A stretch of DNA of 64,000 nt from Lytechinus pictus (Eukaryota): the NCBI RefSeq assembly GCF_037042905.1, contig NC_087245.1, positions 33,854,001 through 33,918,000 of the forward strand, in the 5' to 3' direction. The notes under the pieces are model-generated. The model did no database searches and was not told where the DNA came from. It saw nothing but the letters and a program-made list of their open reading frames with translations. This document shows, piece after piece, positions 25,021 through 35,735 of this stretch; the first letter of the stretch is position 1; the number at the start of each line of letters is the position of its first letter. The position numbers and the translations under genes were made by a program.

Positions 25021-25487
25021 TTGTGACATTTTTAAGTTTCGCCTTAGCTTCACAAAATGGTTATCTGCACATCCCGGTTGGTATGCAAATGAGGGAACTA
25101 ATGACATCACTCACTATTTATTTTGTATTTATTATTTGAAATATGAAATATTCTAATTTTCTGCTAATTGTCCTGTGAAACAAAGTTTTATTTCTCCCTT
25201 AACATGTGGGATTACCATTGTTTAACATTATGGTTAATCTTGCAAGTTGGTCCTTGCTGTCAAATCTGTAAAAATTGAAATATTGTATAATTCAAACAAT
25301 TAAAAAAAACTAAAGAGAGGGTGAGGGACATTATCGACCGTCTAATTTGCATGTCACTGACTTGTGCATATGACTGTTATGTCATAAATTTCTTATTTGG
25401 CATCTGATTTAGATAAAATTTTCAGCATTATGCTTGTCTGATCTTTCTCTATTCAAATTTAAAAAACTTCTGAGGTGGACTTGACCT
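25021..25487. mobile_element. Kolobok-like MITE, right part of the copy that starts at 16632
   Basis: Matches 7342-7842 from TTGTGACATTTT to GTGGACTTGACCT, followed by TTAA. Confidence 0.78.
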
Positions 25488-25649
25488 TTAATGTAAATCC
25501 ATTCCCATCGAAAGGTGAAGAAAATAAGAAAAATAGAAGAAGACATGTAAGATTGCATCATTGAACTGGTTTGTAGCAAAACAAAATGTTTAAAAGAAAA
25601 TGACACAATCACGAAATTTCCCAAGGAATTGTATGGAATTGTGACTCAC

Positions 25650-25772
25650 CACATAAAGCTTTACAATATCTGAAAACGTTGGGGAGAAGAATAGGGTTTC
25701 ATACGATGCCCAAATTTCTATTTTGATTTGGTCATCCCACTGACCAAGGAATTCAGTCATCTTTTCAACCAC
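25650..25772 (-). CDS. VPS9-domain protein, exon 5
   Basis: ttttggttcag|GTG...TAT GTG|gtgagt, 123 nt, phase 0/0. Reads VVEKMTEFLGQWDDQIKIEIWASYETLFFSPTFSDIVKLYV. Confidence 0.75.
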
Positions 25773-26451
25773 CTGAACCAAAAAAGAAAATCATGAAATC
25801 ATTAATTAATTCACTTCAGCTGCATAGCTCATCTATACCAGGTAATAATATTAAGTCAGGCACAAAAAAATGTTGAGTGCTGTAAAGATTTTGAAAACAA
25901 CTCTTTAAAAAAAAGAAATTTCTTGCTTACGAGGGAGAGGTAAGTAGGTGCAGGGACGCATCCAGAAGGAGGGGGTAGTATCGGGATTGGCACCCAGCCC
26001 CCCCCCCCTCCCTCCTGTGAGGGGTAAAATCTATATGGTAGGGAACCTTTGACCCTAATTTATGCTTTCCAAACATATTTGTATACCACGGCACTGCCCC
26101 TCTCCACATGAATCCAGTCTGCCAGCACAGACCCTGACTGAAACTTTGATCAACAATTAAGTCTCCACACAAAGACTAGCACATACAAAAGTTGTTGTTT
26201 GAGCGAGAGGGCCTTTAGTACACAAGGCATGAGTAGACTGCAATTCAGACCCTTTAATCGAGTTAAGGGTTTGCACAGCAGACTAACATGAATCCCCTCT
26301 TGCAATCATGGATCGGCGACTGCGTGGGGAATATCCCGCGCTGCTTCTCCCATCCAGAATAGATACCCCCCCCCCCCTAATTCTGTGGCATACATGTATG
26401 GATTAGGTACATAAAACAGAGGGTACAAAGTTCCCATAAAGATGCTACAAA

Positions 26452-26654
26452 CAAGGTCGGATCCAGGATTTTGAAAAAGGGGGTGCACATTTACCCGTGG
26501 AAAAATTTGAAAAGCAAAAAAAAAAGGGTCTTCACATTATAGGGGGGGACACACGTCTGTTTTAACGGCAATTTTACATTACAAATTTTAATTGCGCCTC
26601 TCAAAGGAGGGGGGGTACGGGCCACAGCTCCCCTCCCCCCTGGATCCCCCAGTG
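26452..26654. mobile_element. Short hAT-type MITE
   Basis: 8-bp TSD GCTACAAA (26444-51, 26655-62) and imperfect TIRs containing GGATCCAGG/CCTGGATCC. Confidence 0.75.
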
Positions 26655-27464
26655 GCTACAAAGTTCCCCTAAAGAAGGCTTTTGGCACAACAATAGGGTT
26701 ATTGAGGTAGTATTGAATTGAACAGATTATATATAATTCCCTTGCTTCATGGATGTGTAGTCAATGGTACGGTTTCCCACAAGATTCGTCTAAATATTTC
26801 ACTGCATTATTAGACAATGAAGTTTCGTTTTGAATAGCATAGCATTTTTTCGATTGAAGTGAATAGAGAGTACATGTACTTGTACACAGATCAGTGACAA
26901 CATAGTTTAAAGAAAACGGTTTTGGGCAGTTTTTTGCCATTAAAATATCAAGAATGGCAGCCAGTGGCCATTTTGACCAGCGGCGTCCAGACGGGGAGGG
27001 TGCTTTGGGGCGCTCTCCCCCCCAAAAAAAATAATTACCAAGAAAGTGAGGGAAAAGGAAAGAGAGATTGATGAAATATGATTATTATTTTCTGAATACT
27101 ATGCCAAAAATATTTTACCAAATTTGATTTTTTTTTTATGAAAAATGTCGAAATTTTTTCTCTCTCACTGGGCTCCCTGACAACTTTTACAAATAGAATT
27201 TGCCCGATACGTCATATCTGGCCCCCTCAAAATGACACTACTTATTTTGACAAAGAAAATGTCGAAATACTGTGATAACTTTTAAAGTAACATATGAATC
27301 TATTCAACATGAATGAAAATCTGTTCACTGATCATTTTACATGATTAATAGACTTGTCAATATAAAATCAAAAAATAAATATATATACCCTTACTCCAAA
27401 CAATTTTTAATGAATGGTTTTCAACTGTTTTTTGTACTTTTTGATGTCAGGAATAACATAATAA

Positions 27465-30400
27465 AAATCAACCAAATTCCGCATCGAGGAGAGTAGTTAT
27501 TTTCTAAGATGGTGTCTGTCCAAGATGGCTGCCATTCACTGATAATTGATAAAACTCACTCCTTATCCACCCTAGAATCATATTTCAGTGCATATTCCAT
27601 GGTCCAGGGGGTATACAATTTATTGATAAAGGTTGAAATGAATTAAGCACTCCGGGAAAATCCAAGATGGCGCCCTAACTGGCTGCCGTAGGCTAAAAAT
27701 CCACAATTCATCCATTACTTGCTAAACTGGCCTTAATTTGGTAACTATTAATTGGTTTTAAGGATCAGGTAGTACATCGGGACAAGTTACAGGGGCAGCC
27801 AGTGGTCTGGTATGTACAAAAATCCAAGATAGCTTCCAAAAATGGTGTAAACAATATTTGATGTTACTTACAAATGAACATAGTTTGTTCAATATCTGTC
27901 TGGGGAATATGATGATGGTGTCTAAACCATAGTTTAAAGGGTAAAGTAATGCATTAGGACAAGTTACAAGGACAGTCAGTGGTCTGGTATGTTAAAAATC
28001 CCAAGATGGCTTCCAAAAATGGGATCTAAATTGACTGTTGTTACTTGAAAATTGACATAGCTCATTTATTATCTGCCTATGAGATGTTACAAGGACAGAC
28101 GATGGTCTGGTATGTTAAAAAAAACAAAGTTTTCAAAAAAGGGGTCTAAATTGACTGTTTTTACTCAAAAATTGATATTGCTCATTTTATATCCGCCTGT
28201 GATACTGTGTGTCTAAACTATGGTTTCGAGGGTCAAATAATACATTAAGATCATAGTTTGTTCAATATCTGTCTGGAGAATATGATTTTAGTGTCTAAAC
28301 CATGGTTTAATGCATACATTAGAACTAGTTACAAGGACAGTCAGTGGTCTGGTATGTTATAAAACTCAAGATGGCTTCCAAGTATGGGGTCTAAATTGAC
28401 TGTTATTAATCAGAAGTGGAAATAATAGTTAATTAACAATTATATACCTTTGTGATATGATTTTGGTGTTTACACTATATAGGGTTTAAAGGGTCAAGTA
28501 ATACGTTGGGTCAAGTTGAAAGGACAGTCAGTGATCTGATGTGTCCAAAAATCTAAGATGGCTTAAAAAAGTGTGTTTTGCTGTTGCTTAAAAGTGGACA
28601 TAGAACATTGAAAATACACCTGGGGATATTATTTTGGTGTCTTCACTAGGTTTTCAAGGATCAAATAATACTTTGGGACTGGTGACAATATGTGTAGATG
28701 TCCATTTTGCCTGGAATCCAAGATGGCTTCCAAAAATGGGTTCTAAATGAATATTGCTATTTAAAAGTGGATGCAATATCCACCTGTAAGAAATACTTTC
28801 GGTGCCTTCATTTAAAATGCGAGCGGATAAGATTGTTTCACGAGTTGGTAACAGCACCCATATTGATGCAATTTTAGAATTTACCTTGGATTTTTGGACA
28901 AAATGGAAAACTGACCTTCATTGTTACTTGTCCTAATGTATTATTGGACCCTTCATACCACAGTGTAGACACCAAAATTGTTTCTCACAGGTGGATATTG
29001 TACAGTCAGACGGCAGGTCCCAAGAAAGTGGCTTCTTTCATCCAAGTGATATTCATGACTTGAGATGTTTTGCATATTTAATGAGCTTGATGCAGACCAA
29101 AACACCTCTTTTTATTCGGTCATTGCTGCTCTAATTGTGCATCGAATTTCATGAATTTGGTATCATTGTAAAGAAGAAGAATCATTCTTTTAGGTCATGT
29201 GTTTGCATTTATTCAAAGATTTTGTAATATAGGTTTAAATTTTGATCTAAAATATGCTACAAAACAATTATTTTCACCTGAAAAAAGCTGCTATTTTCAC
29301 ACTTTATTTTTGTTTGAGCCCAAATTATTTTTATATCATGATAAAGCTGAATATGTATGCTTCAAAATGATATAGGTTTCAAAATAAGAATTGGTTTAAT
29401 CGGGTCAAGATCACACTTTTCATTTGCCAAATACATAAAGCAGCTTGAAAACAAGAATACTGCACTCTGATTGGTCAAAGACTCCACACACTGCCAAATT
29501 CCAACAGTTCCAGTGCCTGGGTTCATGGGAAGGTCACACTTCCCATGTGGTAATCTCCTCAAATACCCCGCGCCTGTTGTTCTGTGAACCTTTTCCAGCC
29601 AATCAGAACTCTGGATTTCATGCAAGTACAAAATTTAAGAAATCTCGTCTTGTACCTTGGTGGGAAAAGTGTGATCTTGACCCGATTAAAAGGTGCCGCA
29701 TATCAAGAGTGGCATTGTGAGAAAGTACAGAAGTTTAGCTTTATGGTGATATAGATATCATTGAGGCTCAAAATAAAAAGTTTTGCACAATTTGCAAAAG
29801 AAAACAGAGGAAGAAAATTCAGTTTTGAGGCACATTTTCAGGCCAGAAATTTACTTATTTAACAAAATATTGTATACAAAATAAATGACCAATATGAAAG
29901 AGTAACACTTACTCTATCTGATGGTGCAATAATATTTAATTTAACTTGAGGTAAAAACAGGTAAATTCTTAGAGAAAGAAAATCTCACGAATCACGAGAT
30001 TTTGCAAGGAGGAGGATTCAGCCACGAGATGATTTGGATGAATCTGGCCTTTTTGCTCATTAGCATAGGGACCTGCGGTCTGACTGTGTATGAACTCTGA
30101 CCATTATTGAGTGATAGGAGTCGTTTTAGATGCCATTTTACCCTCTTGGATTTTTAGGCACAATGGACAACTGCATATTGTAACCAGTCCAAACGTATTA
30201 TTCTCACCTTGAAACGATTGTGTGGACACCGAAATCATATCTTCTTGGTGAATTTTAAATGAACGATGTCCATTTTTAAGTAACAGCAGTAATTCTAGAC
30301 TCCGATTTTCGGAAGCCATCTTGGATTTTCGACATACATGTAATGGACCACTGACTGTCCTTGTAACTAATTTTTTGACTTGTAAAACCATGGTCATGAT

Positions 30401-30960
30401 GGTTGAGACATCAAAAACATATGCCCTTGATGGATATTACATGAACTATGTCCATTTGTAAATAACAGCGATTATTTTTTATTCTTTTTTTTAAGCCACC
30501 GTGGATTTTTGGACATACTTGACAACCGACTGCCCTTGTAACTTATCCCGTTATCCCATTGTATAATTTGACCCATTAAACCATGGTATAGACACAAAAG
30601 TCATATTCCCGGATATTGAACAAACTCTGTCGGGCAAGTTTAGACTCTATTTTGGAAGTCTTTTTTGATTTTTTGAAATATATGTTTTTTGTTTTTTGAG
30701 AGAGAAATAAAACATTTCTTAAAAAAAACCTTGACCTACTTTATAATTCCATCAAGCGAATTCGACTGTGGTATTTATAATTTTGATTAATTTTGTGTGA
30801 ACTGTGAGAAGTTTTTGATACAAAATAAGCTTCATGATAGTTTTCAAAATGTGCGTAAATTATGGTCACCCCATCATATACATTTTCAGTGAATGACGGC
30901 CATCTTGGACGCCATCTTGAAAATATCCACTTTCCCGGGTGCGGAGTTTGGTAGATTTTT
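27465..30960. mobile_element. Foldback-like element: inverted arms built from tandem subrepeats (CCAAGATGGC motif)
   Basis: 27465-27545 is the imperfect reverse complement of ~30880-30960. GTTACAAGGACAGTCAGTGGTC units on the left are inverted on the right. Boundaries approximate. Confidence 0.6.
29003..30086. mobile_element. Non-autonomous DNA transposon nested in the foldback element
   Basis: TIRs CAGTCAGACGGCAGGTCCC / GGGACCTGCGGTCTGACTG, flanked by TGTA on both sides. Internal inverted pair TTTAATCGGGTCAAGATCACACTTTT (~29395 and ~29665). Confidence 0.72.
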
Positions 30961-30967
30961 AGTATAA

Positions 30968-31230
30968 CCCCCCGAGGGCCACTTACATCATGTACATTGA
31001 CGAGTGGATACCATCGCGACCACAAACAAAACACGTAAAAAGGATGTCTTTTTTAAGATAGGGCACGTTACGTACATGTACGTAACGTGATAAGGGTGTC
31101 AAAAACACTAAAATAATGAAAAAAGGGTATCTATTTTCGCTAGGAGACTACGTGCTTAGGGTAAAATTTGCGATGGTATAAACAAATTTGGACTAAATTG
31201 TTTTTATAAAGGATGTACTTTTTGCCCCAA
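30968..31230. repeat. Interspersed repeat; inverted homologue at ~60500-60660
   Basis: CATTGACGAGTGGATACCAT...GCACGTTA...AGGGTGTCAAA recurs as a reverse complement near 60.5-60.65 kb. Confidence 0.6.
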
Positions 31231-31493
31231 GTGTCAACACTACAACACTACAACACTATTTTATAAATATGAAATCACTTCAGAAAGGCTTTTCTCAACT
31301 TAATTACTACAACTACTAAACGCACATGATTATCTCATGCTGAAAATATCCGTTTGCACATATAAGTGCCCTTTTTTGCTCCCCCAAACGAAAATGCGTT
31401 CCGCCGCCCCTGCTCCCACGTGATCTGATAGACTCAGCGACTGTTTAGTGGTAAGCCAAAAATTATGAAATAAGGACCATTATATTTGCTTAC

Positions 31494-31601
31494 CTCTGAG
31501 AAGTGACTTCTTATTTTGGAGGTAAGGGTTTGAGTGCAAGATTGATAATCCGTTAGTGCTGAAAACCTGTCCTTAGCGCCAGATGAACGTTGTTTTGATT
31601 T
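31494..31601 (-). CDS. VPS9-domain protein, exon 4
   Basis: tttttattag|AAA...GAG|gtaagc, 108 nt, open frame, phase 0/0. Confidence 0.65.
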
Positions 31602-32066
31602 CTAATAAAAAGCATATATAGTTACGAAGCGTCAATCTTATTATTCACTATTAGAATTAAGAAAATGTAGTCATATAGTCTGAAAAAGAATCTTAAAGCT
31701 TGTAGAATTGTATCATTAGAAGATTAGTAAGTTGCACCGCTACTTCCAAGTGAAAATTTTGATTGTTGCAGATGTTACATATTATTTTTTTAAATGGCCC
31801 TTTCATCTACACGTAGTTGTTCTTAGCAAGATTGTTTTAAGAGTGCGTATTTCATTACATGCAGCAGTCATACTGTTTAGAATTAAAATGCACTGTTTTT
31901 CTTCCTTTCTCCCTCTTCCGTGTATCTTGCAATCGACACCCCAAGGGGGATTATGCTTTTGGATAATAAATTCATCGCATCAAACTCCCACTTTCCTGCC
32001 TCAATACTTTCTGCTCAGCATTTTTTTTAAATCAATTTCTGTACAAATCAGAACTGAATGACTCAC

Positions 32067-32189
32067 CCAACTTCTCCGCTTTGGTCTCGGTGTAGCATGT
32101 TCGGAGATAAATTTTTTTGAGGTTTGGTTGCATGTATCCAGCACTTCAAGAATCAGAGAATGATGTATCATCTTCATGGTGATATCGAT
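32067..32189 (-). CDS. VPS9-domain protein, exon 3
   Basis: ttttgcag|ATC...TGG|gtgagt, 123 nt, open frame, phase 0/0. Confidence 0.65.
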
Positions 32190-32923
32190 CTGCAAAATCT
32201 TCACCAAATTATAAAAATTAAAGTTAGGTTTGGTTTTCAGGTTTAAAGACGAAAATATATGTGTTTGGAAAATGAAAGCATAAATTATTTTCAACGATCA
32301 CTCGAGTCTTAATTATTATTTAGAGATCCGATTAAACCAGGTTTTTGCAATACATGTCTATATACCTCAGACAAAAATGATAAATGTTGTTTTTTTTAAG
32401 TTGCCTTATTCTATATATTTAAACTATCGATTCAGCTTTGGTAGGTGCAACATATTCAATATTTAGGATGTAATGATATATTTTAGAACATTTTATTTAA
32501 CACCTGTAATTCATAGCAGGCACGCATGTAGTAACTTTCAAAATAATTTGAGAGCAAGTATTGTGTGAAATGGAATTCGCCTATTCGTATGGCTGATTTT
32601 GTAGGCCTATAGCGTGAGTGTATTATGTAGGCATGGGGCGGTAGGATAAGGGGACTTGACTCGGTATGTCGAAATCTGTAAGGAAGGGATATGTATTCCC
32701 TCATCCCTCATCAAACTGATAATCAACCTCTGTGCATACCCGAGTATAAAAACGTGAATTTTCGATAAAAAAGGACAATTTAATGACATTCGTGTGGCCA
32801 CACACATGCAACTTTATTCGTATACATAAATATATAAAATATATATATCCATTGCATGGCTCTTCGATACATTTGCTATTTTGTTTTTCTTCTCGATCTG
32901 CAACAAGAAATTAAATTTATTAC

Positions 32924-32970
32924 CTCGTAAACCTTGTGAAGAAGTGACCGAGAAGCGTCCGACTCTGTAT
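32924..32970 (-). CDS. VPS9-domain protein, exon 2
   Basis: ctctttag|AT ACA GAG...TAC GAG|gtaata, 47 nt, phase 1/0. Confidence 0.55.
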
Positions 32971-33078
32971 CTAAAGAGATTAAACAGGAAGCCGAATGAG
33001 AACGGATTGTCGCAATTCGAGAGGGAAGTGGCCAATGTTGTAAATAGAATTAAGCTGTTCCTCATATAAAGCTGGACC

Positions 33079-33396
33079 CACTAGCGTACCTACGGGGGGG
33101 GGGGCAGGGAGCCACAACCCATACAAAAGTCATAAACCTGCCCCCCCCTGACGAGCTTAAAAGACCTTTTTTGCCCCCCCCCCTGACGAGCTTGAAGACC
33201 TTTATTGCCCCCCCCCCCCCCCCCTGATGAGCTTGAAGACCTTTTTTCTTTTTTTTTTTTGCTCGCAATTTTTTTTCTGGTAAGAAAACCTTTATTTTTT
33301 TATTGGAGACCTTTTTTTTTTTTTTTTTTTTTGCTTGTCAATTTTTTTTGGCGGCCGATTTTGCCCCCCCTGTGGAAAATCCTAGGTACGCCACTG
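33079..33396. mobile_element. hAT-type MITE
   Basis: 8-bp TSD GCTGGACC (33071-78, 33397-404). TIRs CACTAGCGTACCTA / TAGGTACGCCACTG. Three internal CCCCCTGACGAGCTTGAAGACC-type repeats. Confidence 0.85.
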
Positions 33397-33536
33397 GCTG
33401 GACCTACAGCATGTTCAGATAGGTTTGGCATGGTCGACCTTCCAATCGGTACAGGAGGTACCCCAATGACAGACAATAGCCCAATATAGCGCAACCCTTT
33501 GGCTAACCACTCCCATCTTTCTGCAATTATACTATA

Positions 33537-34314
33537 CAGTGCGTCCCACCAAAAACGAAACCGAGATTTAGCGATGATTTATCATAACTTAATCACAAAT
33601 ACAATAGACAAATGACCTACCATTGTAAAGCTTAGAATCTCCTCTTTCATCTGTAATTACTCAGATTATTTCTCATTCACGCATGAGTGAGCAAAAACAA
33701 TTTGAAGTGGGGATACCAAAACGTCATTTGGCGGGCTGTATCCGGGTTTCAAAAAGAAAACCACATTTTAATAAAGTTCAATATCTGCTCTTCAATTTGA
33801 TACCTCAATTACAGAAAATGGTCAAGAAATAACAAAGTTCTGGTTATTTGAAATAAGGCTTGAATTTCAATAATTTCATAAAATGAAGAGGTTCAAACTC
33901 AGCCATGCATTAAGTCTTTTGTTAACCATGCGATAGCTTCTGTGGGAAACCGGTGAAAACACGATTATTTGATGAAATTATGGAAATAGAAGCATTATTT
34001 CGAGGGAACATAACTTTTTTACTTCTTGACCATTTTTTGTGATTAAGGTATTAAATAAAAGAGCAGATTGTGAACCTTTTAGGCATGTGATTTTTTTTTT
34101 TAAATTCAGATACCCCCCGCCAATAGAGTTTTTGGTCTCCTTTTTTCAAATTGTTTTTACTCACTCATGCGTGAATGAGGAATAATCTAAGAAATATCAG
34201 ATGAAAGAGGAGATTCTAAGCTTTACAATGGTAGGTCATTTGTCCATTGTATTTGTGATACAGTTATGTTAAATCATCGCTAAATCTCGGTTTCGTTTTT
34301 TCTGGGACGCACTG
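33537..34314. mobile_element. Tc1/mariner-type MITE with long TIRs, complete
   Basis: TA|CAGTGCGTCCCA ... TGGGACGCACTG|TA, with inverted arms of roughly 300 bp. Confidence 0.88.
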
Positions 34315-34679
34315 TATAGGGAAGGGATTCAGTCAATTTAACATAATCATTCATTTACCGTATAAATTGATATTTCCCAATATTCAAATTGGCACCTGTA
34401 AACAGTGCATCCCTGATGAAAAAACGACACTGTGGAAAATAGATCTATGATGATCTAATTTCATCTTAGCTGTAATTGTGAATAAATATAAAACTTGAGA
34501 CGCTCTTTTGAAAATCTACACACACCCACCCCTCACATTTTACAATGTTCTTTTTGCAACAGCACGTACGAAACGACACTCAGATAAAACACGACTGAGG
34601 ATGAGCAGAGGTATAATTTTAGAAGTCGAGCTTCATAACAATGCCTTATAAACAATTATAGAAGGAGAAGGAATCTTAC

Positions 34680-34731
34680 CATCGGACAAGAGATCTTGGA
34701 AAGTTGAGCTACCTTGGGGGCTTTTGGCCAT
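34680..34731 (-). CDS. VPS9-domain protein, candidate first coding exon
   Basis: ATG GCC AAA AGC...TCC GAT G|gtaaga, 52 nt, phase 1, matching exon 2. Confidence 0.55.
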
Positions 34732-35002
34732 GTTTGCACGTCCGCTGTTTCCGATTGCACAAAGTGATTCAGAACATTTAACTGAAGTCTAGCGATCAAC
34801 TCCGTTATTATGTTCTACTCGGGTTGCGGAAAACTATTCAATGTTATTATATTATTTTCAAATGTGTAATCGTGTGAAAAGGAAAACGGACAAAGTTCAA
34901 TTTTGGTAAAGAATGGGAAAGGATTGAGCATTGTTTGCAGGCACAGACCCTGAGCTAATTAAAACTATTTTGATCAACAGATGGGTGCTACTAGATGACA
35001 TA

Positions 35003-35632
35003 GACCAAAAACTCATTTGGCGGTGGGTATCTGAATTTCAAAAATAAAATCACATGCCTAAAACGGTCAATATCTGCTCTTTTATTTGATACCTTAATCA
35101 CAAGTAAAAAAGTTATGTTCCCTCGAAACAATGCGCTTGTATTTCCATAATTTCATTAAATAAACGTGTTTTCACCGGTTTCCCACAAAAGCTATCACAT
35201 GGTTAACAAAGACTTAATGCATGGCTGATCGTCAACAAAACGGAGTTTCAAGTGAGTTTGAACGCTAGCCTGTAGAACCTCTTCATTTTATGAAATTATT
35301 GAAATTCAAGCCTTATTTAAAATAACCATTACTTTATTTTTTTTTTACCATTTTCTGTAATTGAGGTATCAAATTGAAGAGCAGATATTGAACTTCTTAA
35401 AAATTTGGTTTTCGTTTTATAACCCAGATACAGCCCGCCAAATGACTTTTTGGTATCCCCTCTTCAAATTGTTTTTGCTCACTCATACGTGAATGAGAAA
35501 TAATCTAAGTAATGTCAGATGAAAGAGGATATTCTAAGCTTTACAATGGTAGGTCATTTGTCTATTGTATTTGTGATTAAGGTATGATAAATCATCGATA
35601 AATCTCGGTTTCGTTTTTTGTGGGACGCACTG
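35003..35632. mobile_element. Second copy of the Tc1/mariner-type MITE, opposite orientation, left end truncated
   Basis: Reverse-complement match to 33537-34140. Ends TGGGACGCACTG|TA. Confidence 0.82.
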
Positions 35633-35735
35633 TATATGATATATTAGTTGAAAATTTAGTGAAACCTGAAAGTAAGCTTTAAATCTTTTGTATGTCTTCA
35701 CTGACGAATGTGATTTGATTCCTCGTTGTGAGATA

